NCBI GenBank assembly: GCA_030617815.1
Contig: JAUWUS010000002.1
Span: forward strand, 2,867-66,866
Length of the DNA stretch: 64,000 bases
Direction: 5' to 3'
Source of the DNA: Gammaproteobacteria bacterium
GTDB taxonomy: Bacteria; Pseudomonadota; Gammaproteobacteria; UBA6429; Thiohalophilaceae
In this document: piece after piece, positions 9,512 to 19,532 of the stretch
Layout: each line of letters opens with the position of its first letter
Position numbering within the stretch: the stretch's first letter is position 1
The notes under the pieces: generated by a model
Told to the model about the DNA's origin: nothing
Database searches by the model: none
The model's input: the letters and a program-made list of their open reading frames with translations, nothing else
Program-made: the position numbers and the translations under genes

Positions 9512-10047
9512 AATTCATCCTCATCATGGTGTGGTCCAGAGAATAATTCATCTTCAAAACCAAAATCTTTTAGATTTTCAATACGGCTGGGATATAAAAC
9601 ACCATCTAAATGATCAACTTCATGTTGCACAACACGGGCATGAAAACCGTGCGCTTCCCGTTCAATTAGATTACCTTGTGCATCATAACCTCGATACCGA
9701 ATCGAGGTATAGCGCGGTACAAGCCCTCGCATGTGAGGAACACTTAAGCACCCTTCCCATGCGGACTCTCTTTCAGTACCAATAATCGAGATTTCGGGAT
9801 TAATCAGAACGGTTTCAGGTACCGAGTCAACCTCTGGATAGCGTGGATTTTCGGCTACTCCGAATATAACGACCCGGAGACTGACAGCAATTTGTGGCGC
9901 TGCCAGACCCGCACCATTTAAGGCGGCCATGGTGTCCTGCATATCGGCAACAAGCTGGTCTAATTCCGCTGTTCCGAAGTTTTCAACCTCTTCCGCCCGG
10001 GCTAATAGCAGTGGATGCCCCATTTTTATAACTTTTTGTACCGCCAT
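9508..10047 (-). CDS. def: Peptide deformylase
   Basis: Motifs GAGLAAPQI, EGCLSVP and QHEVDHL. I place the start at the internal Met (MAVQKVIKMGHPLL). The longer ORF reaching 10203 adds a non-homologous 52 aa and would overlap the divergent gene. Confidence 0.9.
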   Translation of the reverse strand: MAVQKVIKMGHPLLLARAEEVENFGTAELDQLVADMQDTMAALNGAGLAAPQIAVSLRVVIFGVAENPRYPEVDSVPETVLINPEISIIGTERESAWEGCLSVPHMRGLVPRYTSIRYRGYDAQGNLIEREAHGFHARVVQHEVDHLDGVLYPSRIENLKDFGFEDELFSGPHHDEDEL

Positions 10048-10141
10048 CACATATCCCCAATAAGGTTTAGCATTTTCTCTCAAACAATGACAAAATAAGC
10101 AAATATTAAAGGCCTCAACAAATATAACAGGAAGCAGCAGC

Positions 10142-10918
10142 TTGAAAGTACTTATATCAATATTATTTTTTATAATCGCAAATAACAGCTTTGCTGAAGA
10201 CATGCGCTATTATGATATCGAAGTTGTTATTATTGAGAATTTGACTGACGAAGCAAAAAACTCGGAAATCTGGCCGCTTCAGGTAAATTTAATCCAACCG
10301 GAAAGAACCGTACAGCTTGGTCAAGCGGTTATGAGTGAATGGCTGCCAAATGATGTTGATTTAAGAGCCAGTTATAAAGTGTTAAGCAAAAAACATTATC
10401 AGCTTACAAGTGAAGTTGAAAAAATATCCAAATCAAAAACCCAACGCGTTATTTTTCACACCGTATGGCGTCAGCCTGGCCTGGATAAAAAATTGGCTTT
10501 GCCTATTCATTTTAAGCGCGAAATTTCAGCGGCTCCTGTTGCCAGTGAAGATGAAAATAATCCAACACAAAATACCGAAGCAATTTCCTCTTTCGAAACG
10601 ACAGATAATAAACCTTTGCCATCATCTATTCTGGAAGGTTTATTACGTGTTACTTTAGCACGCTATTTACATCTGGAAGCAGAATTAACCTATCAAAATA
10701 AAATTCCGGAAATAACAGACACTGATAATCCTTTTGCAATACTCGATAATGAAAACGAGCGTAACCAGATGCAAAAACAAGGTGTTATTCACTTAAAACA
10801 AAAACGCCATCGCATTAGAAGTAATGAATTGCATTATGTAGATCATCCCGTTTTAGGAATATTGATACGTATTACACCTTATGAAAAACCAGAAAAAATA
10901 ACATCAACAAAACGTTAA
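10142..10918 (+). CDS. Periplasmic protein, CsiV-like (DUF2803-type)
   Basis: A TTG start gives the signal peptide MKVLISILFFIIANNSFA. The mature N-terminus YYDIEVVIIEN resembles the CsiV family opening motif. The assignment is from memory only. Confidence 0.4.
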   Translation: MKVLISILFFIIANNSFAEDMRYYDIEVVIIENLTDEAKNSEIWPLQVNLIQPERTVQLGQAVMSEWLPNDVDLRASYKVLSKKHYQLTSEVEKISKSKTQRVIFHTVWRQPGLDKKLALPIHFKREISAAPVASEDENNPTQNTEAISSFETTDNKPLPSSILEGLLRVTLARYLHLEAELTYQNKIPEITDTDNPFAILDNENERNQMQKQGVIHLKQKRHRIRSNELHYVDHPVLGILIRITPYEKPEKITSTKR

Positions 10919-10932
10919 TAAAAATGATGCGT

Positions 10933-11676
10933 TTAGTTCAGCGTTGGAATTACTGCCTCAAGCAACTGTCTAACATGCTCCATACCCTTATTCAGGTTTT
11001 TTTCAATAACGTCCATTGTTAATTTTTCAGTTCCCCGGCCAGCAGCTAAATTCGCAACCACAGAGATACTGGCATAACAAAGTTCTTTTTCTCTGGCCAG
11101 TGCCGCTTCAGGCATACATGTCATACCAACAAGATGACATCCATCTCTTTCCAGACGATTAATTTCAGCAGCAGTTTCTAAACGCGGCCCTTGTGATGCA
11201 GCATAGGTACCTTCTTTTATAATAGTAATAGAATGAGAAGTTGCTGCATTAATAATATTCGTTCTAAGGCTTTCACAAAAAGGAGAAGTGAAATCAATAT
11301 GGACAACTTGTTTTAAACCTTCGTCAAAAAAAGTATTAATACGCGAAACCGTGTAATCAATTATTTGATCTGGAACGACCAATATCCCCGGCTGCATATC
11401 CTTGCGAATCCCACCAACTGCATTAACAGCAATCACTTGCTCTACACCCGCTTCTTTTAACGCCCAAATATTTGCGCGATAATTTATTTTATGTGGCGGT
11501 ATGGTATGTCCGCCACCATGCCGTGGTAAAAAATAGACTTTATTTCCCGATAAAATACCCTGTACTAATGGGCCAGAAGGTTCGCCAAAAGGGGTTTGGA
11601 TAATTTCTCTTCCAGTGATTTCAAGCCCCTTAATAGAAGTTAAACCTGTACCACCAATAATCGCAATTTTAGTCAT
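10933..11676 (-). CDS. 5'-methylthioadenosine / methylthioinosine phosphorylase family (PNP type)
   Basis: MTKIAIIGGTG start, plus FLPRHG..H..PPH.INYRANIWALK and GMTCMPEA motifs. The start was chosen at the internal Met that abuts the upstream stop. Confidence 0.85.
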   Translation of the reverse strand: MTKIAIIGGTGLTSIKGLEITGREIIQTPFGEPSGPLVQGILSGNKVYFLPRHGGGHTIPPHKINYRANIWALKEAGVEQVIAVNAVGGIRKDMQPGILVVPDQIIDYTVSRINTFFDEGLKQVVHIDFTSPFCESLRTNIINAATSHSITIIKEGTYAASQGPRLETAAEINRLERDGCHLVGMTCMPEAALAREKELCYASISVVANLAAGRGTEKLTMDVIEKNLNKGMEHVRQLLEAVIPTLN

Positions 11677-11680
11677 TCTT

Positions 11681-12226
11681 TTACATTCCTTTAACAGCAT
11701 GAATAGCATTTACATTGCGTAAATAATTTTTATAATCCATACCAAATCCAAATAAGTAACGATCTTCTGTTTCCATGCCAACATAATCAAGTTTAAAATT
11801 TTCTTTACGGTTATGAATTTTATTCACAAGAACAGCGGTGTATACATTAGATGCACCCTTTTCTTTACAATACTTTGCTATTTCAACAAGTGTAATTCCT
11901 TCATCATAAATATCATCTACAATAAGTACATTACGTTTTTGCAAAGAAATTGACGGTTCCTGTATCCAGTGCAATTCTCCCCCACTCGTCTCGCCACGAT
12001 AACGTGTCGCATGAATATAATCGAGTTGTAAAGGGAAGGATAAACGAGTAATTAAATGACCCGTCGGAATAAGTCCACCCGTCATAACACAAAGGACAAG
12101 TGGGTTTTTATCTTTCAAATCACAGGTGATTTTTTTGGCTAATGAATCCAATACTTTATTTAATTGTTCAGTATCACATAAGCAATCCGACTCTGACTCA
12201 ATTGTTTTTATGCTTTTAATATCCAC
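11681..12226 (-). CDS. hpt: Hypoxanthine-guanine phosphoribosyltransferase
   Basis: PRPP-binding motif VLIVDDIYDEGITL. 181 aa with a GTG start. Confidence 0.8.
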   Translation of the reverse strand: MDIKSIKTIESESDCLCDTEQLNKVLDSLAKKITCDLKDKNPLVLCVMTGGLIPTGHLITRLSFPLQLDYIHATRYRGETSGGELHWIQEPSISLQKRNVLIVDDIYDEGITLVEIAKYCKEKGASNVYTAVLVNKIHNRKENFKLDYVGMETEDRYLFGFGMDYKNYLRNVNAIHAVKGM

Positions 12227-12258
12227 GCTAATTTATCCAGTAATTATTTTTCGCTTAA

Positions 12259-13344
12259 TTATTTTTCTCTAGGGGCTATCTCAGGCAAGGCATCATTTTC
12301 AATATGAATCGTTGAAGTTGGAAAAGCCATTTCAGCACCATGCTTTTCGACAATTTCAGTTATTTTAAATAAAACATCCTGTTTTACTTCATGAAACTTT
12401 ATCCAGTTAGTGGTTTTTGTAAAAGTATAAATAAAAAAATCTAACGACGAGGCTGAAAATTCATTAAAATTCACCATCAAGGTTTGTGTTGCATCTATCT
12501 CAGGATGGTTTAATAACATTTCTTTTACATCTGAAATTATTACCGGAAGAAGTTTACTATCATAATAACGAACACCAATCGTTTCATTAATTCTTCTATG
12601 TGTCATACGTGAGGGATTTTCTACCGAGATACTGGCAAACATTGAGTTCGGTATATAAAGCGGGCGTTTATCAAAAGTACGGATCAGGGTTAAACGCCAG
12701 CCAATTTTTTCAACCGTACCTTCAATGTTGCGATCAGGTGAGCGGATCCAGTCGCCTACTGAAAAAGGACGATCCATATAAATCATTAACCCACCAAAAA
12801 AATTGGCAAGTAAATCTTTTGCGGCAAAACCGACTGCGATACCACCAATACCACCAAAGGCCAGAATTGCGGAGATATTAAATCCCAGGCTTTGCAGACC
12901 AACAAGTATAGAGGTGATAATAACTGAAATGCGTAACAACTGACTTATAGCATCGGCTGTTGTTTTATCAACTTTTTTACCTTTTATTTCCTGCTGCTGA
13001 ATCACATTTGCTTCAACGAAGCTAATTAACCGAATAAATGTCCAGCTGACAACAATAATCACACCAACCTCAAATATTTTCAAACCATGACTTGAACCGG
13101 AAATTTCCATTGCAACAGAAAGACCAAACACCCAAATTAAAATACTTAAAGGTTTTATCACAGCATGAATAAATGCGTCATCCCAGAGGTTTGGTGTTTT
13201 CTCCAGTCGCTTTTGTATTCGTCTTAAAATTTTCTTTTGAATATAATCCAGCAACAATGCAAGAAAAACGATAACAAACACCTGTAAAACCCAGGTATCC
13301 GTATCGTATAAAAAGGGCAAATATTTTTCCATGTATTCTATCAT
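12259..13344 (-). CDS. Mechanosensitive ion channel family protein (MscS-like)
   Basis: Multiple N-terminal TMs, then the MscS beta-domain motif PFSVGDWI...IEGTVEKIGWRLTLIRTFDKRPLYIPNS. Confidence 0.88.
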   Translation of the reverse strand: MIEYMEKYLPFLYDTDTWVLQVFVIVFLALLLDYIQKKILRRIQKRLEKTPNLWDDAFIHAVIKPLSILIWVFGLSVAMEISGSSHGLKIFEVGVIIVVSWTFIRLISFVEANVIQQQEIKGKKVDKTTADAISQLLRISVIITSILVGLQSLGFNISAILAFGGIGGIAVGFAAKDLLANFFGGLMIYMDRPFSVGDWIRSPDRNIEGTVEKIGWRLTLIRTFDKRPLYIPNSMFASISVENPSRMTHRRINETIGVRYYDSKLLPVIISDVKEMLLNHPEIDATQTLMVNFNEFSASSLDFFIYTFTKTTNWIKFHEVKQDVLFKITEIVEKHGAEMAFPTSTIHIENDALPEIAPREK

Positions 13345-13367
13345 TATAATTATTTAATCCTGTACAT

Positions 13368-14417
13368 TTAAAACTCTAAGTCAAGTGTTGGATCATCCTG
13401 ATAACGTTTTAATATATCAGATGATTTTTTCCATTTCCCGGTTCTATGTAACTCCGCCATCGTTATTTCAAGTTTGCCATGCATTCGAGCCAGGCGTAAA
13501 TGCGAAACAGGATCATTATGTCCGCTTAAGTTATCCAGTACATTTATTGCACCTTCACGATTATTACAGACCAACACCATATCACATCCTGCCGATAACG
13601 CTTTTTCAGCACGATCAACATATTTTTCACCTATAACACTGGCACCTTTCATATCTAAATCATCACTGAATATAACACCCTGAAAAGCGAGACGTTTGCG
13701 CAAAATATCTTTAAGCCAGATTTCTGAAAAACCTGCTGGTAGTTTATCAACTTTAGGGTAAATAACATGCGCAGGCATCACTGCTGCCATGCCATGCTGG
13801 ATCATACGTTTAAACGGTAAAATGTCCTTCGCATATATTTCACTATATTCCCTGTCATCAATCGGAATATCAATATGTGAATCAGCGGTAACAGCGCCAT
13901 GGCCAGGGAAATGTTTTCCGGTTGCTTCCATACCCGCATCATGCATGCCCTTTGTGTAAGCGTGCGCTAATTCAACAATGATTTTATTATCCTGATGGAA
14001 TGCACGATCACCAATGACCTTACTCATTCCATAATCCACATCCAAAACAGGAGCAAAACTAAAATCAATACCAACCGCACGTAGCTCTGCCGCCATCATC
14101 CAGCCTGCTGTTTCAGACAATAAATGTGCGCGTTGTTTATTGTGTTTATAAATTTCACCAAAATGACCAACTGCTGGCAATGAAGTAAAACCATCACGAA
14201 AACGCTGAACTCGTCCTCCCTCATGATCAACCGCGACAAGTAAACGAGGCTTACGTACCTGATGAATTTCGTTTACTAAATGTACCAGTTTTTCAACGGA
14301 TGAAAAATTTCGAGTAAATAATATTACACCACCAACAAGTGGATTTTGTAAAATCTCACGTTCTTCAGGACTCATTTCAATTGAGTCAAGATCCAGCATG
14401 ATAGGACCAAGTGACAT
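13368..14417 (-). CDS. nagZ: Beta-N-acetylhexosaminidase NagZ
   Basis: GH3 motifs VDHEGGRVQRF, KHFPGHG and SDDLDM. Size is typical. Confidence 0.93.
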   Translation of the reverse strand: MSLGPIMLDLDSIEMSPEEREILQNPLVGGVILFTRNFSSVEKLVHLVNEIHQVRKPRLLVAVDHEGGRVQRFRDGFTSLPAVGHFGEIYKHNKQRAHLLSETAGWMMAAELRAVGIDFSFAPVLDVDYGMSKVIGDRAFHQDNKIIVELAHAYTKGMHDAGMEATGKHFPGHGAVTADSHIDIPIDDREYSEIYAKDILPFKRMIQHGMAAVMPAHVIYPKVDKLPAGFSEIWLKDILRKRLAFQGVIFSDDLDMKGASVIGEKYVDRAEKALSAGCDMVLVCNNREGAINVLDNLSGHNDPVSHLRLARMHGKLEITMAELHRTGKWKKSSDILKRYQDDPTLDLEF

Positions 14418-14433
14418 AAGTATTCCTGTTTCT

Positions 14434-14949
14434 TTATTTTTTGGACTCGTGAATCAAAACACGAGTATCTGTATCAACATTATCAAACAGTTCAATAATA
14501 TCTTTATTACGCATTTTTACACAACCATGGGATAGCGGCATAGAAAACGAGTCGCTATCCGGGCAACCGTGTATGTAAATATAACGGCGCAATGTATCCA
14601 CTTCTCCACCCTTATTTTTTCCCGGCTCCAGTCCACCTAACCAGAGTATTCGAGTCAGGATCCAGTCACGTTCAGGATGCTGTTGTTTAAGTTCTTCATT
14701 AAAGATTTCACCCGACTTTCTTCGCCCAATAAAAACTGTATTTTCTTTTGCATCAACGCCAATTTTAATCCGTATTGTATGCCAGCCAGAAGGCGTGCAC
14801 TCACTACCATTTTGCTGCCCTATGCCATTTTTTGCCGTTGACACTGAATAACAGGCAACAACAACATCATCTTCTAATAACGTTAATTTTTGTTCATTAA
14901 CGTCGATATCAATGATTTTTGCCGAATTATTTTTGTTAAGGTTTGTCAT
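14434..14949 (-). CDS. L,D-transpeptidase family protein (YkuD domain)
   Basis: Catalytic motif IHGCP...SHGCVKMRN. Confidence 0.85.
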   Translation of the reverse strand: MTNLNKNNSAKIIDIDVNEQKLTLLEDDVVVACYSVSTAKNGIGQQNGSECTPSGWHTIRIKIGVDAKENTVFIGRRKSGEIFNEELKQQHPERDWILTRILWLGGLEPGKNKGGEVDTLRRYIYIHGCPDSDSFSMPLSHGCVKMRNKDIIELFDNVDTDTRVLIHESKK

Positions 14950-14962
14950 GTTGTTTATTATT

Positions 14963-15433
14963 TTAATTCCAATTCTTAAAAGGATGTTTTACCAGACTAA
15001 CATTATAATAACGAGCATCATCGGATACTTCATCACCCAGCCATCCGGGTTTTTCGAAGTGTTCATCTTTATCGTTTAATTCAATTTCAGCAACTATGAG
15101 ACCTTTATTATCTCCAGAAAAAACATCAATCTCCCATACATGGTTCTCATTTTTAAGAAGGTGACGTGTTTTGCTGACTAAAGGTTTTTCGCATAATGTT
15201 TCAAGCATTTCTGTTGCTTCTTCGAGCGGAATTTCGTACTCAAATTCCTGTCGGGTTATATCAATGGTTGCCGATTTGATATTTAAAAAAGCGCGTTTTC
15301 CCTGAATACGAACTCGAACTGATGCCGCATTACTCCCTACCAGATAACCTTGCGAATAAGCCGTCCCTTCATCAGCTAATTCTTTCCAGGATGAATTTTT
15401 TAATAAAAATTTTCTTTCTATTTCAATCGCCAT
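14963..15433 (-). CDS. CYTH domain protein (triphosphate tunnel metalloenzyme)
   Basis: N-terminal EIERKFLL signature. 156 aa. Confidence 0.85.
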   Translation of the reverse strand: MAIEIERKFLLKNSSWKELADEGTAYSQGYLVGSNAASVRVRIQGKRAFLNIKSATIDITRQEFEYEIPLEEATEMLETLCEKPLVSKTRHLLKNENHVWEIDVFSGDNKGLIVAEIELNDKDEHFEKPGWLGDEVSDDARYYNVSLVKHPFKNWN

Positions 15434-15440
15434 TTAAATA

Positions 15441-16760
15441 TTACTTTTTTGTAAACAATGCAATAGATTCAACGTGTGCGGTATGTGGAAACATATCCAT
15501 AACACCAACTTTTTCCAGGGTATAGCCCATTTCATTCACCAAAGTTCCTGCATCTCTGGCTAATGTTGATGGACTACAGGAAACATAAACTATATGCTTA
15601 ATATTCATTTTATTAATATAAGGCAACATCTCTTTTGCACCGCTGCGAGGTGGGTCCAGTAAAAGTTTATCGTAGTCATTTTTTATCCAGCCACAATCGG
15701 AAACGTCTTCCATTAAATTAGCAACGTGTAAATCAGTATTGCTAATATCATTATTGTCAGCGTTTTTATTTGCTCGTTGAATAAGTTCCGCGTCACCTTC
15801 AACACCTGTTATTTTTTTTGCAAACCGCGCCATTGGCAAAGTGAAGTTACCTAAACCACAAAAAAGCTCTAATACGTGATCACTCTTCTGCAAGTCTAAT
15901 AACTCTAATGCCAACTTTACCATTTTAGGATTAATATCCTGATTAACCTGCGTAAAGTCTGTTGGTTCAAAGTCCAGAGTTACGTTGTATTCTGGCAAAC
16001 TATATTGTAATCGCGGATTTTCAGGGTAAAGTGGAGTAACGGTATCCGGTCCCTTTGGTTGCAAATAAATGGCAATCGCTTCTTCTTTGGCATAACTTAT
16101 TAATTTTTCTTTATCTTCCTCGGTTAACTCCACCAGATTTCGAAACACAAATGCACTAATATCATCTGCTATAGCCACTTCAATTTGGGCAATTTTCTCA
16201 TAACAACTTAAACTACGAATGAGTGTAGCAAAAGAGGTTAGCCGCATTCCCGCATCAGGATGTAATACTTCACACTGCTCTAACTCTGCAAGGTATGGCG
16301 CACTACGTTCACGAAAACCAACCAAAACTTTTTCTTTTTTAAAAACATATTTAACACCTAAACGAGCTTTTCTTCGGTAACCCCATGGGTGCGTGGTAAC
16401 AGGTGGTAATATTTCATTGGCTTTGACTTTACCAATATGTTCTAACCCATCCAGTAAAATTTGTTGTTTAGCTTCAATTTGTTTTTCGCTGGTTAAGTGC
16501 ATAAAACTACAACCGCCACAGACTCCATAGTGTTTACACTTAGCTTCTATGCGATCGGGTGATGCTTCAAGAACCTCAATTAAATTACCTTCATCATGTT
16601 TTCTTTTATGTGGGCGGAACGAAAAACGAATACGTTCACCCGGTAAAGCACCACTTACAAAAATAACTTTTCCTTCAACACGACAGACACCTTTTCCATC
16701 ATGACTTAAAGATTCCACTACCGCTTCATGCTCCTGTAATGGTTTTCGTTTTCTACGCAT
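15441..16760 (-). CDS. rlmD: 23S rRNA (uracil1939-C5)-methyltransferase RlmD
   Basis: TRAM-like N-terminus, Fe-S cysteines CKHYGVCGGC, SAM-binding ELFCGLGNF, catalytic YVSCSP. Confidence 0.92.
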   Translation of the reverse strand: MRRKRKPLQEHEAVVESLSHDGKGVCRVEGKVIFVSGALPGERIRFSFRPHKRKHDEGNLIEVLEASPDRIEAKCKHYGVCGGCSFMHLTSEKQIEAKQQILLDGLEHIGKVKANEILPPVTTHPWGYRRKARLGVKYVFKKEKVLVGFRERSAPYLAELEQCEVLHPDAGMRLTSFATLIRSLSCYEKIAQIEVAIADDISAFVFRNLVELTEEDKEKLISYAKEEAIAIYLQPKGPDTVTPLYPENPRLQYSLPEYNVTLDFEPTDFTQVNQDINPKMVKLALELLDLQKSDHVLELFCGLGNFTLPMARFAKKITGVEGDAELIQRANKNADNNDISNTDLHVANLMEDVSDCGWIKNDYDKLLLDPPRSGAKEMLPYINKMNIKHIVYVSCSPSTLARDAGTLVNEMGYTLEKVGVMDMFPHTAHVESIALFTKK

Positions 16761-16846
16761 AGTATTTATTTGTCCAGTTTTACAAATGTAAATTTAATAT
16801 CAGTATATACGTTTAAGAATATACTAAGTACCAAGCCCAAACTTAA

Positions 16847-16983
16847 TGAATCAACTTTTGCACGGATAGCGGAGAAGCTAGAGAACAAGGCAAAACCGAT
16901 GAAAAAGCGGAGTGTACGATGAGTACATGAGCATTTTGAAGAGGTTTTAACGCGGTTATCTGGTTTCTCCGCTATTCGTGCAA
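16847..16983. repeat. Structured intergenic repeat with a 19-bp terminal stem
   Basis: Arms ttgcacggatagcggagaa (16858-16876) and ttctccgctattcgtgcaa (16965-16983) are complementary at 18/19 positions. The 5' tag tgaatcaactt recurs at 49672 and 49893. The internal CAAGGCAAAA.CGA...CGGAGT-hairpin-ATGAG.AT module resembles 42227-42278. Confidence 0.7.
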
Positions 16984-16993
16984 GGGTCTCCGT

Positions 16994-17902
16994 TTAAGAT
17001 GGGAATATGTTGGTTGATAAGTATCTATCACCACGATCACAAATAATCGTAACAATCACAGCATTTTCCAACGTAGATGAAAGTCTTAATGCTGCGGCAA
17101 CCGCACCACCTGACGAAATGCCACAAAATATCCCTTCTTCGCTCGCCAGTCTCAAAGTCGTTGTTTCTGCATCTTCCTGACCCATATCCAACGTCATATC
17201 AACACGACTGGCTTCAAAAATTTTCGGCAAATATTCCTGTGTCCAGCGACGAATTCCCGGAATCGAAGCGCCCTCTTCCGGTTGTACACCCACAATTTGT
17301 ATCTCAGGATTTTGTTCTTTTAAATAACGCGACGTTCCCATAATGGTACCGGTCGTGCCCATGGCACTGACAAAATGGGTGATTCTCCCCCCGGTATCTC
17401 GCCAAATTTCAGGTCCCGTCGTCTCATAATGTGCACAAGGATTATCAGGATTAGAGAACTGATCCAACACCTTACCCTTTCCTTCTTGCTGCATTTTCAG
17501 AGCAAGATCACGTGCGCCTTCCATACCCTCAGCCTGAGTAACCAGAACAAGTTCAGCGCCATAACTGCGCATTGAGGCACGGCGCTCAACACTCATGTTA
17601 TCCGGCATAATTAACACCATTCGATACCCTTTTATTGCCGCAACCATGGCAAGAGCAATACCGGTATTACCACTGGTTGCTTCAATAAGGGTGTCACCGG
17701 GCGTGATTTCACCTCTAGACTCTGCGTGCTGAATCATGCTCAATGCAGGACGGTCTTTTACCGAACCCGCTGGATTATTACCTTCTAATTTAACCAAAAT
17801 GGTATTACTGGTCTTTCCAGGCAAGCGCTGTAAACGAACTAATGGCGTATTGCCGACAAAAGACTCAATTGTCGGAAAATTAGTATTTTCAGTAGAATTC
17901 AT
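16994..17902 (-). CDS. cysM: Cysteine synthase (CysM/CysK family)
   Basis: PLP-lysine motif NPAGSVKDRPA and TSGNTGIALA. 302 aa. Confidence 0.9.
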   Translation of the reverse strand: MNSTENTNFPTIESFVGNTPLVRLQRLPGKTSNTILVKLEGNNPAGSVKDRPALSMIQHAESRGEITPGDTLIEATSGNTGIALAMVAAIKGYRMVLIMPDNMSVERRASMRSYGAELVLVTQAEGMEGARDLALKMQQEGKGKVLDQFSNPDNPCAHYETTGPEIWRDTGGRITHFVSAMGTTGTIMGTSRYLKEQNPEIQIVGVQPEEGASIPGIRRWTQEYLPKIFEASRVDMTLDMGQEDAETTTLRLASEEGIFCGISSGGAVAAALRLSSTLENAVIVTIICDRGDRYLSTNIFPS

Positions 17903-18040
17903 TGGTTAATACCCATAAAATCAAAATAATACGAATTAAAATCGCCCTTATTTTATAATAATTTAACATGTATTTGCACTAAACCTCATATCAACAGTAC
18001 ACTTCCAGCTCACAGTTAGCCCTGAATAAATAAGCTATAA

Positions 18041-18409
18041 TTGAAAATGACGAAAATATTGGATATTCAACAATCTATTACCGCCGCCAATGGTAATGCT
18101 TCTCTGGCAAAAGAACTTTTTGCCATGTTGCTTAATGAGCTGGAAATAAGACTACAGCAAATTAAGAGCAGCTTTCAATCAAACAATATGGATGCTCTTA
18201 AAGAACATATTCATAAGCTTTACGGTGCAACGGCATATTGTATTGTTCCAGAATTAAGGAACAGTGCTGCTGCACTTGATAAAATATTAAAAGAAAAAAA
18301 TTACTCACAACTTCATTCACTTGTTGATGAAGTACTGCAGGAAATTCAGGAATTAATTAATGATGGACCTGATTTTCTTAAAAAAGACTGGGTTGATAAT
18401 CAAATATAA
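18041..18409 (+). CDS. Stand-alone Hpt (histidine phosphotransfer) domain protein
   Basis: About 120 aa, helical, with the phospho-accepting motif HKLYGATAYCIVPEL (HxxxG). The start is TTG at 18041 or ATG at 18047. Confidence 0.75.
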   Translation: MKMTKILDIQQSITAANGNASLAKELFAMLLNELEIRLQQIKSSFQSNNMDALKEHIHKLYGATAYCIVPELRNSAAALDKILKEKNYSQLHSLVDEVLQEIQELINDGPDFLKKDWVDNQI

Positions 18410-18417
18410 AACCGAAG

Positions 18418-18795
18418 TTATAATACCAAAGTCACAAACGCTACCGCATATTCACGCTCATCAGCCAAACTTAAATGCGTTTGCTTTATCTGCTTCTCTT
18501 GCAAAAAATTTTCCGCAACACCTGAAAAGTCTAAAATAGGTTTACCGGCTTCATCATGCTCAACGCCGATATGATGTAAAGATAACCCCTGACTAAACCC
18601 TGTTCCCATGGCTTTTGCTGTTGCTTCTTTAGCCGCAAATCGTTTTGCTAAAAATGCGGCTTGATTAGATTTACCTTGAAACTCAGCAAATTCTGCCTCA
18701 GTAAGAATGCGGCGGGCAAATTTGTCACCATATTTATTCAGATCATCACGCATGCGATTAATATGAACAATATCCGTACCAATACCATAAATCAT
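18418..18795 (-). CDS. acpS: Holo-ACP synthase
   Basis: [10 protein letters not shown]-terminus and FAAKEA motif. 125 aa. Confidence 0.93.
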   Translation of the reverse strand: MIYGIGTDIVHINRMRDDLNKYGDKFARRILTEAEFAEFQGKSNQAAFLAKRFAAKEATAKAMGTGFSQGLSLHHIGVEHDEAGKPILDFSGVAENFLQEKQIKQTHLSLADEREYAVAFVTLVL

Positions 18796-19532
18796 ATTCT
18801 TGCCGATTCCATTAGCACTTTCATCTCTTTCACTGCCGCATCAAGTCCAGTGAAAATACTGCGTGCGATAATAGCATGACCAATATTCAACTCACGAACC
18901 TGAGGAATAACAGCAATCTCTTTAACATTGTGGTAATGCAAACCATGTCCGGCATTAACATGTAAACCTACACTATCGGCAAACTCCACTGCTTCTATAA
19001 TACGTTGATATTCTTTTTCTTTTTCATAGACGGTTTCAGCATCTGCAAAATGTCCAGAGTGTATCTCAACAACAGGAGCTCCACATTCTACTGCTGCTTC
19101 TATTTGTTTTTTATCTGCGTCAATAAAAAGAGAAACTCTGATACCACGATCAGCTAAACGCGAACAGGCTTCTCGCATTTTTAACATTTGACCAGCCACA
19201 TCAAGCCCACCTTCGGTAGTGAGTTCTTCGCGTTTTTCAGGTACCAGGCAACAGTCTTCCGGCTTTATTTTTTCAGCATAACTAAGCATTTCATCCGTTA
19301 CCGCCATCTCAAGATTCATTCGTGTCTGTAACACATCTTTAAATATTTCAACATCACGTTCCTGAATATGTCGACGATCTTCACGCAAATGAAGTGTAAT
19401 CGCATCAGCACCGGCTTGTTCTGCAACCAACGCCGCCTGAACAGGCTCAGGATATAAAGTGCCACGTGACTGACGCAAGGTCGCAACATGATCAATGTTT
19501 ACGCCAAGTAATATTGGATTTATTATATTCAT
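18792..19532 (-). CDS. pdxJ: Pyridoxine 5'-phosphate synthase
   Basis: [13 protein letters not shown] and [11 protein letters not shown] motifs. 4-nt overlaps with both neighbours. Confidence 0.95.
   Translation of the reverse strand: MNIINPILLGVNIDHVATLRQSRGTLYPEPVQAALVAEQAGADAITLHLREDRRHIQERDVEIFKDVLQTRMNLEMAVTDEMLSYAEKIKPEDCCLVPEKREELTTEGGLDVAGQMLKMREACSRLADRGIRVSLFIDADKKQIEAAVECGAPVVEIHSGHFADAETVYEKEKEYQRIIEAVEFADSVGLHVNAGHGLHYHNVKEIAVIPQVRELNIGHAIIARSIFTGLDAAVKEMKVLMESARI

Noticed and set aside
10048-10203. 52-codon N-terminal extension of def that overlaps the start of the divergent csiV-like gene.
   Set aside because: The extension (MSSAKLLFAIIKNN...CHCLRENAKPYWGYV) has no counterpart in deformylases. 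The internal Met gives the canonical N-terminus and removes the overlap.
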